This document shows, in pieces, positions 1-9,073 of a stretch of 20,000 nt of DNA; the stretch's first letter is position 1; each line of letters begins with the position of its first letter. Below the pieces are notes generated by a model. It made no database searches and was not told the DNA's origin. It saw only the letters and a list, made by a program, of their open reading frames with translations. This DNA comes from an uncultured virus (IMG/VR IMGVR_UViG_3300017917_004917) (lineage: Duplodnaviria; Heunggongvirae; Uroviricota; Caudoviricetes), in the IMG/VR virus record IMGVR_UViG_3300017917_004917; one strand, given 5' to 3'. The position numbers were made by a program, and so were the translations under genes.

Positions 1-1839
1 ATCTGAAAATTTCACCTCGAACATAGATGTAGGAGTTCCAAATATAGCATTATCAATATATGAAAATTGAGTCCTGAAAGTTCCTGTTGTTGGGTCTTGA
101 GTTCTGTTAAAGTTAGCTTGAGAATGAATAGTGTCAGAGTAGGCACCACCCTCCATGTTAAAGAACCTAATATCAACAACGTTGATTACACCAGGTATGT
201 CTCTTAAGAAATCAGTAACTTGAGATACAAATATATTTTGATTCATTTGCCATTTTTCTATGTTAAAATATTCTTTTATAGCATTTATTGATTGAGCCTT
301 AACTTCACTTGAGTTAAATGATTTGTCAATAAATAAATCAACTTCTATTTGCAGATTTATGACTTTTCCATCATTAATTTCAACATAATCATTCAACATT
401 CTATATGGAACTAAGAATCTCTCTATATTTGACTTAATAGTGCTAGTAGATACTTCATTAAGTTTTCCAGCGCCATCTCTTGTTAAGATGTACATTTTAA
501 CCTTGTTATCTTCTACTTTACCAAATATTCTAAAAGGTGCCCCAAACTTACCAGGCATTTGGAAAGCTCTAGCTATATAGTCATCTAGAGTTACTGCTCT
601 ATTCTGAGAATTATAATTTGCTGCAATATAACTCTTAATTTCTTCAACAGATGGCAAACCAGTTCCTCCTATAGCTGGTATCGGGTTATTTGCTCTTGTA
701 GATGATACTACACTTTGAACTATAGATTGATTTGAGCCTGCCATTTGACTTTGTATATTAGACACTTCATTAAGAACATTTGAGCCTACATTGCTAAGAG
801 CTCCGCCTCCAGCTCTATATTTAACGAATATCGTAGAATTAGGTGGAACCTTAACTCCAAGAGCAGTATTATTAAGTATAACAGAAACATCAAGAACACT
901 AGAATCTGGACACTTAACTGTGTTAGTTAAACTAGAAATATACGCATCATACGCATTATAATCTTCAACACCACCTCCAAAGGTAAGAACACATGAGCCA
1001 TCGGAAAGAAACTCTTTTTCAAATCTTTTCTCAACTTCAACATACTTTCCAGACTTAACACCATTTACATCATCAGATGTATCATCACTCATAAATATTT
1101 TATCTGTAGCTAGTGAATCAACCTCGTAATAATTTAACTGAGGGTCATTAAATTCACTATAACTAGGCGTTCTATCTATTCCTAAGCTAGGAAGAACAAT
1201 GACATTAATTATTTCAAGAACATTCTTATCAGGTAGTTCTAATTGATAGAATGGCTCTGATTCATTAACAGTAACTTCTGCCTTAAAAATTTTTGTAATT
1301 CCAGCCTTTATCTTTTCTCTCTTAATAATTCTATATCTAATTAAATCTTGATTTCCATTAAATATTGGTTCAATAATTCTATTAGCAATTCCATCTTCAC
1401 TAAAATCACTTGAGAAGTCTATATCACTTGTTGTCTCAAAAACCTGACTTGCTCCCTTAATTTTAAATCCTGCTCTATATATTGGCAGGTAATTAGAGTC
1501 TGGACCGTCAGCTGTTACTGGCACCTCTATAATAATATCTGCAATGCTTATAGCTGGTCTAACACCTTGAGGCTTATATCCAAAAGTTTTAGCTAATCTA
1601 TATACAGAATTCCTTTCTTGAACTCCGTCAATAAAAAGTTCATTATATTTTTTATCAGTAGCATATGATAATAGGTCACCAACATATGCATTAAGCTCTA
1701 GGAGTGCCATCCCTGGAGAAGTGACATTAAAATCTTGCCATTGCTCAGGAAAAAAAGTCTTTAAATAATTAACTAAGTCAGCCCTTATTGAATTAAAGTC
1801 TCTACTTAAGTAATTTACTGTTACAGTTTTTTGTGTCAT
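1..1839 (-). CDS. Baseplate wedge subunit, T4 gp6-like (3' end runs off window)
   Basis: Not in the ORF track. Hand translation from ATG at 1839 gives MTQKTVTVNYLSRDFNSIRADLVNYLKTFFPEQWQDFNVTSPGMALLELNAYVGDLLSY...; it also contains SQNRAVTLDDY (gp6-type QNRAVT motif). In frame at position 1 (...MFEVKFSD). Lies directly downstream of the gp25-like gene. Confidence 0.9.
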   Translation of the reverse strand, partial: MTQKTVTVNYLSRDFNSIRADLVNYLKTFFPEQWQDFNVTSPGMALLELNAYVGDLLSYATDKKYNELFIDGVQERNSVYRLAKTFGYKPQGVRPAISIADIIIEVPVTADGPDSNYLPIYRAGFKIKGASQVFETTSDIDFSSDFSEDGIANRIIEPIFNGNQDLIRYRIIKREKIKAGITKIFKAEVTVNESEPFYQLELPDKNVLEIINVIVLPSLGIDRTPSYSEFNDPQLNYYEVDSLATDKIFMSDDTSDDVNGVKSGKYVEVEKRFEKEFLSDGSCVLTFGGGVEDYNAYDAYISSLTNTVKCPDSSVLDVSVILNNTALGVKVPPNSTIFVKYRAGGGALSNVGSNVLNEVSNIQSQMAGSNQSIVQSVVSSTRANNPIPAIGGTGLPSVEEIKSYIAANYNSQNRAVTLDDYIARAFQMPGKFGAPFRIFGKVEDNKVKMYILTRDGAGKLNEVSTSTIKSNIERFLVPYRMLNDYVEINDGKVINLQIEVDLFIDKSFNSSEVKAQSINAIKEYFNIEKWQMNQNIFVSQVTDFLRDIPGVINVVDIRFFNMEGGAYSDTIHSQANFNRTQDPTTGTFRTQFSYIDNAIFGTPTSMFEVKFSD

Positions 1840-1850
1840 TTTTATTTTTT

Positions 1851-2261
1851 TTAAAAGTGTTGACTATTTTCAGCATCCTCACCTGGCTCAACAGGCACTA
1901 CAATACTAACACTATCTGAAATATCACCAAGGTCTACTATATTATATTCAACTTTAACTTCAAGTAAATTTTCTTGTTCATTAAATGTAAATAAAATATC
2001 AGTAACATCAACTTCCCTTATATATTCAGTTATTTTATCTATTAACTCATCCTTAAGTCTAGATGATGATATATCATCCCATGGTTCAAATATATAATCC
2101 CAAAGAGGTGAATAAAGACCACTATTCATAACTCTATTTCTTTTTTTTGTTGTAAGAAGTGATATGAGATTTGTTTGAATTGCTTCAGAAGTTGTTTTAT
2201 TAGACAAAAATACACCACCATCTTGTGTTTCTTTGAATGGGAATTTTATACTTATTGGCAT
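1851..2261 (-). CDS. Baseplate gp25/GPW-like protein
   Basis: ISIKFPF...AIQTNLISLLTTKKRNRVMNSGLYSPLWDYIFEP resembles the gp25 family pattern (NLxxLLxTxxGERxxxPxFGxxLxxxxFE); 136 aa; adjacent to the gp6-like gene. Confidence 0.85.
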   Translation of the reverse strand: MPISIKFPFKETQDGGVFLSNKTTSEAIQTNLISLLTTKKRNRVMNSGLYSPLWDYIFEPWDDISSSRLKDELIDKITEYIREVDVTDILFTFNEQENLLEVKVEYNIVDLGDISDSVSIVVPVEPGEDAENSQHF

Positions 2262-2267
2262 ACTTAT

Positions 2268-2358
2268 ACTTTGTTTTAATATAAATATACTTACAAAAAA
2301 AATAAAGACTTAGATATGCATAAAAATATTTACTTAATATTTATAATAAAAACAAAGT
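2268..2358. promoter_or_regulatory. Divergent putative late promoters (TATTTATA motif on each sense strand)
   Basis: Plus strand 2338-2358 TATTTATAATAAAAACAAAGT precedes ATG 2360. Minus strand 2287->2268 TATTTATATTAAAACAAAGT precedes ATG 2261. Confidence 0.55.
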
Positions 2359-2359
2359 C

Positions 2360-3796
2360 ATGATATTTAGAATATATCCAACTAAGAGTAATACTATTGC
2401 TTCTGGAGTTTATAAAAATTATAATAGTGGACAGAATCATGTAACAGACCTTTGGTTTGGGGGTGGTGGTACTGATACTGCACCAGAAAAAAGAAATTCT
2501 ATTAGTAGATTTATTATTAAATTTGACCTCAGTGAGCTTACAGAAAAATTTAATCTAAAAAATATAAATCAGAGTCTTATTTCTTCGTATAGATTAAAAA
2601 TGAAAAATGCAATACCAAGTGATAGAATACTTGAGCCTGAATATGAGTTTGATGTTCTTGATAAGAGGATATCTTCTTCATATGACTTAATCGCTTTTCC
2701 TATAAATAAAGATTGGGATGAAGGTAGAGGATATGACTTATATAAAGAAAATTACTTAGTTAAGCAGTATGGAAATCCGATAACATCTGGTTATTCTAAT
2801 TGGGATTCAGCTACGCTATCTACAAGCTGGGATGAACCAGGGGTTTATTTAAACCCAACTGCCTCTACGGCTGTAACTCAATACTCAACTCAACACTTTG
2901 ACCTTGGAAATGAGGATATTGATATGGATATTACTGTAATTGTAAATGACTGGCTTAGTGGTGGTTCTCAAAATTTTGGGATTGGAATTGCATATAGAAG
3001 GGATTATGAATTACTAAGCACAGATACAAGATATATAGCCTCTTTCTTTACTGAAAAAACAAATACAGCATTTAAGCCATACTTAGAGGTTAATTATAAC
3101 CAATCTTTTCAAGACGACAGACTTCAGGTTACAAATAATAGAATGTCAAGATTATTCTTATACACTTATAGTGGAAATAATTCTGTAAATTACTTCTCAG
3201 CTGGAACTGTGGATATTGAGAGTATTTCTGGAGTACCAGTTATAACAGGATTGACGCCAACTCATCTAGAGAATGGTGTTTACTATGTTGATGTCTTGAT
3301 GAGCTCAGCAACTCGTGGACAACAGTACAAAGATATATGGAGAGGAATTACTTTTGTTCCTGGAATTGACCAACAGGATATTACACAAATATTTACAATT
3401 AAGGATAATTACTATTTAAATAATGTACCTCAAGTAAATGACTATTCTATTTCTGTTTATGGAATTGAAAATAACACTACACTATCAATTGGAGAGACGC
3501 ACAAAGTATTTGTTGACTTAAGAGTTAACTACAGCAGTAGAAATCAACCTAGCACAGCTTATGATATCAAATATAGATTAGTTATGAATAATCAAGATGA
3601 GGTTATACCATGGACATCTATAAATCAAGCTGTAATAAACAAGTGCAAGCAAAACTATTTTGTTCTAGAGACTGGTTGGTTATTACATAATCAGACTTAT
3701 AAAATAGAATTTAGAATTGACGAATTTGGAACTAAGAGAGTTATGCCTGACTATATGACATTTAAAGTTATAAGGCCAGATGGTTTCATTAATTAA
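2360..3796 (+). CDS. Putative virion structural protein with DNRLRE/CBM96-like N-terminal domain and beta-rich C-terminal domains
   Basis: 478 aa. Motifs SRFIIKFDLSEL, PINKDWDEG, VNDWLSGGSQNFGIGI and KPYLEVNY are typical of DNRLRE-like beta-sandwiches. Sits inside the baseplate module and is the only real plus-strand gene. Confidence 0.6.
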   Translation: MIFRIYPTKSNTIASGVYKNYNSGQNHVTDLWFGGGGTDTAPEKRNSISRFIIKFDLSELTEKFNLKNINQSLISSYRLKMKNAIPSDRILEPEYEFDVLDKRISSSYDLIAFPINKDWDEGRGYDLYKENYLVKQYGNPITSGYSNWDSATLSTSWDEPGVYLNPTASTAVTQYSTQHFDLGNEDIDMDITVIVNDWLSGGSQNFGIGIAYRRDYELLSTDTRYIASFFTEKTNTAFKPYLEVNYNQSFQDDRLQVTNNRMSRLFLYTYSGNNSVNYFSAGTVDIESISGVPVITGLTPTHLENGVYYVDVLMSSATRGQQYKDIWRGITFVPGIDQQDITQIFTIKDNYYLNNVPQVNDYSISVYGIENNTTLSIGETHKVFVDLRVNYSSRNQPSTAYDIKYRLVMNNQDEVIPWTSINQAVINKCKQNYFVLETGWLLHNQTYKIEFRIDEFGTKRVMPDYMTFKVIRPDGFIN

Positions 3797-4760
3797 TCCT
3801 TACATGGTTTGATATAATTCTCTGTAGATTACCATCAACTGTATACTTTGCCATTTCATCTGATTCTGGAATTGACAATAGGGGCTTTTGTGGGGTATGA
3901 ATGTGATTTAATAAAACTTTTATAATTAAATCTAAAAGCTTTATTAATTCATCTCCAAAAACTGCTGGATGGAGTGTGTTAGCTAGTTCTCCAAAAGATT
4001 TTAAATCATCATTCTTTTCAAAAACAGCAATAGAATTTTCTCTAAACTTACCTCTATTTGAATAAATATTTACATTTGTAGATATCATATTTGATTGAGA
4101 ATATCTTGGTAATAGTTCGCTATTTTTACTTAAATCATTCTCTAATTGAATTATTTGTAGCCATGATGGCGTCTCTTCATTTAACTCAAGAGTTCCCTTG
4201 TTAAACTTTCCAGCAACAAGAAGAGCTTCCCTTGGTTTAAGTATTAAATCAGAATCTGAACGACCTTGGATTGCTATATCACCGTTTTTAGGCAAAATAG
4301 TATATGCCTTTAAATTATTATCTTTATTTGGATTTAAATTAAATTGAGTATAGTCAAAAATTCTATTTGCCTCACTATAAGATTGAAATTTAAGTTTAAA
4401 TGGACTATTTATTTGAGAACCCATATAATATCTTGGTGCTGAATTATCAGAAGGGTTTTCTAATAAAATATAAATCATTTCATCAACAAGCGGTACTATG
4501 TGAAAATGATTAGGCATCATTGGAACACAAAAAGGCAACTGTTCATTAGGGGTATCTCTATCTCTACCACCTAATATTTTACCATTTTCATCTAAAGACA
4601 CTATTCTAGCAACAACCCTCTTCATACCTAATGGGTCCTCATTATTTACAACTATTGCTGGGTATATATTTCTTGAAGCGGGGTTTCCATCAGAAGAAAT
4701 ACCTCCACTAATACCTTGAGATTGCAATGTTGCTCTAGCCAACCTATCTAATCCTGCCAT
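3789..4760 (-). CDS. Baseplate spike/hub protein, gp5/gpV/VgrG-like
   Basis: OB-fold-like N-terminus (IYPAIVVNNEDPLGMKRVVARI...HIVPLVDEMIYI) and C-terminal NHIH (HxH metal-binding tip motif of gpV-type spikes). Confidence 0.7.
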   Translation of the reverse strand: MAGLDRLARATLQSQGISGGISSDGNPASRNIYPAIVVNNEDPLGMKRVVARIVSLDENGKILGGRDRDTPNEQLPFCVPMMPNHFHIVPLVDEMIYILLENPSDNSAPRYYMGSQINSPFKLKFQSYSEANRIFDYTQFNLNPNKDNNLKAYTILPKNGDIAIQGRSDSDLILKPREALLVAGKFNKGTLELNEETPSWLQIIQLENDLSKNSELLPRYSQSNMISTNVNIYSNRGKFRENSIAVFEKNDDLKSFGELANTLHPAVFGDELIKLLDLIIKVLLNHIHTPQKPLLSIPESDEMAKYTVDGNLQRIISNHVRIN

Positions 4761-4994
4761 TTACGATTTTTTTATTTGTTCAAATATTAAAGATTGCTCT
4801 TGCTTAATTTGGTCAAGTTCAATAAACAATTCTTCAATTATAGCCATTCCATCAATGTGCTCTGGTCCTATATTTTCTTTAGAATCAAGGCTATCAAGAG
4901 CAGTGTTGATTATAGCTTTTTTTTCATCAAACTTATCTGCGAGTTTTTGAGCCTCAATTATAAGTTCTTTCTTAGTTTTTTTAATTTCTTCCAT
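4761..4994 (-). CDS. Hypothetical coiled-coil protein (77 aa)
   Basis: Overlaps the upstream stop (TAATG) and abuts the downstream start; helical, charged composition. Confidence 0.7.
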   Translation of the reverse strand: MEEIKKTKKELIIEAQKLADKFDEKKAIINTALDSLDSKENIGPEHIDGMAIIEELFIELDQIKQEQSLIFEQIKKS

Positions 4995-5410
4995 TAGCTT
5001 GCTATTCCTGTTGCTGAGTGAGGAGCAGTTGTAGCACCTACAACAGATACTGGACCACCAGCATTAGCCCCTGCTGCTGTAACTATAGCTCCAGCATCTG
5101 TTGCTATATCAATTCTCATATCTGTTTGTATTGCTGTCACTATTTCTTCACAAAGTATTTTTACAAAATTTTCCATAACATTAGGGGTACCTCCAGCTAA
5201 GGTCCCAGTTGGTATGCCTGCCTCGTTAAATCTAGAGGTTATTGATGCTGTTAAAATTTGAGCATTTAAACCTGGTCTTGTTTTGGCTAATAGTATTTCA
5301 GGAATACTAGGCTTAGGTACAGGCACTCTATCTTCCTTTAGTAGGAATAATAAAAAATCAGCTATTTCTTCTGATTTTTGTAAGTCTTCGCTAATTGGTA
5401 TTACTGCCAT
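4994..5410 (-). CDS. Hypothetical protein, probably virion/baseplate-associated
   Basis: 138 aa with a Gly/Ala/Thr-rich C-terminus; tightly packed in the spike operon. Confidence 0.7.
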   Translation of the reverse strand: MAVIPISEDLQKSEEIADFLLFLLKEDRVPVPKPSIPEILLAKTRPGLNAQILTASITSRFNEAGIPTGTLAGGTPNVMENFVKILCEEIVTAIQTDMRIDIATDAGAIVTAAGANAGGPVSVVGATTAPHSATGIAS

Positions 5411-5416
5411 AATTTT

Positions 5417-6727
5417 TTATTTTTGTGATGTTGCTACTGTCCCTATTATAGAAGCTATAGTCGCTGCTGCTGCAGCATATTTTTTTGCCTTATTAGCGAT
5501 TTCAGCAGCTTCTCCTAACTTATTAAATATTGCAAATTTTTGTTTTATCTTTTCAGCTGCTCTCTTTTGTTTTTCTATTGCAGTTCTAGCAAAATAATTT
5601 GCTATAAGTTTCTTAAATTCCTTTATAGTAAAAACAAGAAGCATTCTTAATAATTCTTTCAATAGAGCATTTGCTAGACTCTTAAAAAATTCTTGTTTTT
5701 CTAATGGATTCTGTGAAGGATTTCCATCAGAATTCATAATTTCACAATTACTATATGCAACATTATTTGCATCAAGACCAAAAGAACCACTACTTGCATT
5801 GGGGTCTGAAGATATTGCTGTAAATATAGGGCCTAAATATGGAAAAACTAAAGAGGAAATGTAATTTAATAGTTTTACAATTAATATTTCAAAAAAACTT
5901 TTTCCTATAGAATTTGAGTTTTGTTCATTATTTATTCTTTGACCTTGATTTTTAACATGTTGAACCAAGATTGACAAACTTTGAGCTGGAGTTGGAGGTA
6001 AAGCGGAACTGGATGTAAATAATCCACCACCCTCAAATATGTACCCTGGGTCTTCTGGTAATTTTATTTTAACATCTTGACAATTAACTTCAAATATAAC
6101 TTCACCTTTCTCAAGCTGCTTTCTAAGAGCTATTCTGTTATATTCAACATCCTGTTGTAAAATAATTGGGTCACTAGACAAGCTAAATAAATTAACACCA
6201 CAAATAGCATTCTCAAACAATCTTTCCCTTTCTGATGCGCTTGGATTTAAAATATCAGCAGCACCACCATTCTTTGGGCCAAAAATCATTAATGTTAAAT
6301 TTTTGGCCATCTGCTGCTTTACAGCTTGAAGAAATGTTTGTGGAACCAGACTGGAAAGATATGCTCTATTACTTATTTTATATTCATCCTTTTCTTTTTG
6401 AGAAGCTGTTGGGTTGTTTAACCCAGGCAATCTTCTGCCCTTTTGACCTATAGAGTCAGCGACTGCATAAATAACTTTTTCTTCTAAAAAAGTACCACCA
6501 ACATCAAAAACTTTATCTAAAAATAAATTAAAAATTAACTCAGGCTCAATACCTAAAGCTCTCATAACCTTTATTAAATAATCATAGGTAGATATTTGTT
6601 TATCCTTTGGTATATTTAAATTTTTATCAATAGGTAGTGAAAGCAAGCTTTTCATTGACCCTATTTTTGACGTCAGTTCAGCTTGAGACTCTGTAAGTGG
6701 AGATGATATTGGTATTTTTAATGACAT
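5417..6727 (-). CDS. Hypothetical protein, probably virion-associated (436 aa)
   Basis: Long ORF with 5-6 nt spacing to its neighbours and an amphipathic/Ala-rich C-terminal helix; no recognised family. Confidence 0.75.
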   Translation of the reverse strand: MSLKIPISSPLTESQAELTSKIGSMKSLLSLPIDKNLNIPKDKQISTYDYLIKVMRALGIEPELIFNLFLDKVFDVGGTFLEEKVIYAVADSIGQKGRRLPGLNNPTASQKEKDEYKISNRAYLSSLVPQTFLQAVKQQMAKNLTLMIFGPKNGGAADILNPSASERERLFENAICGVNLFSLSSDPIILQQDVEYNRIALRKQLEKGEVIFEVNCQDVKIKLPEDPGYIFEGGGLFTSSSALPPTPAQSLSILVQHVKNQGQRINNEQNSNSIGKSFFEILIVKLLNYISSLVFPYLGPIFTAISSDPNASSGSFGLDANNVAYSNCEIMNSDGNPSQNPLEKQEFFKSLANALLKELLRMLLVFTIKEFKKLIANYFARTAIEKQKRAAEKIKQKFAIFNKLGEAAEIANKAKKYAAAAATIASIIGTVATSQK

Positions 6728-6732
6728 AAATA

Positions 6733-7101
6733 TTATTTATCTTCTAAATCTTCATTATTATTCTCTCTTTCTTCTTGCTCCTTTATTGCATCAATAAGCG
6801 CTCTCTTAGTTGCATCATTGAAATTAACTTCAACACTTGATGATGAATCTTCCTTATATACTATTGATTTTATTTCTTTAGCTAATCTTTCGATTCCATC
6901 AGAAGCACTAGATGCTTGCTTAAGAAAATCAATCGCATTCTTTCCCATTAACACAAAACTTTCAGCACTATCCATTTGAGAATCAACTCTTCTATATCTA
7001 TCAAGAGCCATATCTCTTTCTTGTATCTTATATCTATATACTTCAGACATAAGTTTTTCATACAATTCTTTTGTTGGATTCATTTTTTTATCATCTTCCA
7101 T
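6733..7101 (-). CDS. Hypothetical helical protein (122 aa; start revised from 7146 to 7101)
   Basis: The track's 7146 start falls inside the terminator hairpin. ATG at 7101 (MEDDKK...) follows an A-rich leader. Confidence 0.7.
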   Translation of the reverse strand: MEDDKKMNPTKELYEKLMSEVYRYKIQERDMALDRYRRVDSQMDSAESFVLMGKNAIDFLKQASSASDGIERLAKEIKSIVYKEDSSSSVEVNFNDATKRALIDAIKEQEERENNNEDLEDK

Positions 7102-7136
7102 TTTAATAATTTTTATATTAATAAATAAATAAAAAT

Positions 7137-7175
7137 AAAAAATCACCTCTTAAATATAATAGGAGGTGATTTTTT
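7137..7175 (-). terminator. Intrinsic terminator after the sigma-like gene
   Basis: 13-bp inverted repeat AAAAAATCACCTC / GAGGTGATTTTTT with A/T tracts on both sides. Confidence 0.8.
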
Positions 7176-7193
7176 TATTTGCATAAGTACTTA

Positions 7194-8102
7194 TTAATAA
7201 TAAGGAAAAATATCATCATCATAACCATAATATTTATCTTGATGTTTATCAATAAAATCTTGTTTCTTATGCTTGTACAATACTTTAAATCTATGTAGAG
7301 AATAAGTAATGTCTTTTGTCTCAAGATTTGTATGCTCCTTTATTAATTTATAAATTGAGCTCTTAGAATATACGCCAATTAACTCATGATTTTTAAAGAT
7401 ATCCACAATTGCCTCTGCAACTTTTGCATCATTTTTTGATATATCTGACCTACCTATTTCATTCTCAAATAAATCAGTTATATAATTAAATAAAGCCATG
7501 GAGCTATCTAATTCAGACTCCTCATCTATTTCAAATGTCGAGGATTCATCAGCTTCTTCGCTATGACTCTCATAACTCAAAATGACTCTAGTACCCTTAT
7601 CAACTTCCTTTTTTTTATTTTGAAGGTAGTGCTTAGCTACTGTACCATAAAAAGAAAAAGACTTAGTATTTTGTTCTGGGTCAAAATTACAAAACTTTTC
7701 AATAACATGAGACATGCAATCATTATGAAGAGTTTTAATGTCAACTCCAGACCTAAATAGCTTAAAACTAAATATAATATTTTCAATCAACCTAGTAAGG
7801 GGCTTATGAATGTCTTTTCTAAATATTTCTTCCTTTTCTTTAATTATATTAATCCTGCTAGTATAATCTACCATTGATTGGTTGATTAAAATAAATTCTT
7901 CATCTAATTTTATAATTTTAAACTTAGAATTTATTTTATTTTTTTCAATACTCTTCTCAACATCCTCAATATGTTTGTCAATTTTGTATTGATAATAATT
8001 AAAGTCTTTTTTTAAATATTCTTTAACGGCCTCTTCAGTATTTATTGTCCAATATTCTTTCTTTTTAGCTACCTTATCATTATTTTTATGGTTGCTATTC
8101 AT
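7194..8102 (-). CDS. Phage late-transcription sigma factor, T4 gp55-like
   Basis: HKPLTRLIENIIFSFK...LHNDCMSHVIEKFCNFDPEQNTKSFSFYGTVAKHYL resembles sigma region 2 of gp55-like proteins (NFDPEKxxNPFAYFT); located immediately upstream of virion genes. Confidence 0.65.
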   Translation of the reverse strand: MNSNHKNNDKVAKKKEYWTINTEEAVKEYLKKDFNYYQYKIDKHIEDVEKSIEKNKINSKFKIIKLDEEFILINQSMVDYTSRINIIKEKEEIFRKDIHKPLTRLIENIIFSFKLFRSGVDIKTLHNDCMSHVIEKFCNFDPEQNTKSFSFYGTVAKHYLQNKKKEVDKGTRVILSYESHSEEADESSTFEIDEESELDSSMALFNYITDLFENEIGRSDISKNDAKVAEAIVDIFKNHELIGVYSKSSIYKLIKEHTNLETKDITYSLHRFKVLYKHKKQDFIDKHQDKYYGYDDDIFPYY

Positions 8103-8119
8103 ATATTAAATATTTTTAA

Positions 8120-9073
8120 TTATACTGCTTCAGAAAAGGTCTTACATCTATCTTCATCAAAAAAATATTCCTTCTTAGCTAATTCCATCCAAAAAGAAGC
8201 TTCACTAGGATTTATACCTCCTTTTTCTTCGGGAATAGCTGTAATATTACTTGGAACTTTTGATGATGAATGACTAAATTCGTTTGTGTTATTTACTCTA
8301 AAATCATATCCAATCCTAGGGATTGTCATCATTTTAATGTCATTATAAATCATTCTTAAGAAAAATTCATAGTAGTGACTTAATTTAATACTCTCTTTCA
8401 TAGGGCATAATCTACCATCTTTATCTTCACTAAACTCTTCTAACGAACTTACTCTATAGACACCTCCAAGTGGATTTGCGCAATTAAATCTCAATAAAAG
8501 ATTCATATCAAACTTACCTGCTTCCTCAGAAATACCCTCAGCCCAACAAGCTTCATTCATCATACCTGCTAATGAACCATTTTGGAAATTCCTAATCATA
8601 GGTAGGAAGAAGCCTATTTCACCATTTTCTTGCATGTACTTATTTGCCACATTATACCAAGAAGCTCCTACTGTATCTTCACACTCAATAATAGAGAATG
8701 CCTCATAACCACCTTCTATTGATAGGTTAAAAATTGTATTGAATATTTTTGAGAAATTACTAATTTCTGTTTTAACTAATTGAATGTCAATGCTATTTTC
8801 AGAATCAATTATCTCTTCAAAAACTTTACCTTCTTCATCAGTTCTAACAGTTTTAATAGAAGGTTTTTTAGATATATTCATTAAAGCTTCAACTTCTTTA
8901 TCTGATAAACCAGCATCTAGTACAACAACGTCAACAGGGTAAGTTTGATTAGACAATCCATAAAGACATTCTGCCAATTGGCCCTCATGTTTAATCTTAT
9001 CAAGATATAATCCTACAAGAATATTACTGTTTGTAGCTTTCAAGTTCTTTGATTCTTTCATCTTTATATTCAT
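8120..9073 (-). CDS. GT-A fold (GT2-like) glycosyltransferase-like protein (start may be 9061)
   Basis: LAECLYGLSNQTYPVDVVVLDAG is a GT2-type N-terminal pattern; the DxD position reads IIECED; YYEFFLRM in the C-terminal half. Confidence 0.7.
   Translation of the reverse strand: MNIKMKESKNLKATNSNILVGLYLDKIKHEGQLAECLYGLSNQTYPVDVVVLDAGLSDKEVEALMNISKKPSIKTVRTDEEGKVFEEIIDSENSIDIQLVKTEISNFSKIFNTIFNLSIEGGYEAFSIIECEDTVGASWYNVANKYMQENGEIGFFLPMIRNFQNGSLAGMMNEACWAEGISEEAGKFDMNLLLRFNCANPLGGVYRVSSLEEFSEDKDGRLCPMKESIKLSHYYEFFLRMIYNDIKMMTIPRIGYDFRVNNTNEFSHSSSKVPSNITAIPEEKGGINPSEASFWMELAKKEYFFDEDRCKTFSEAV

Noticed and set aside
7102..7146. Hydrophobic N-terminal extension MIFYFYLFINIKIIK as a signal peptide
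   Set aside because: It is the translation of the terminator U-tract and AT-rich promoter region; the real start is likely 7101.
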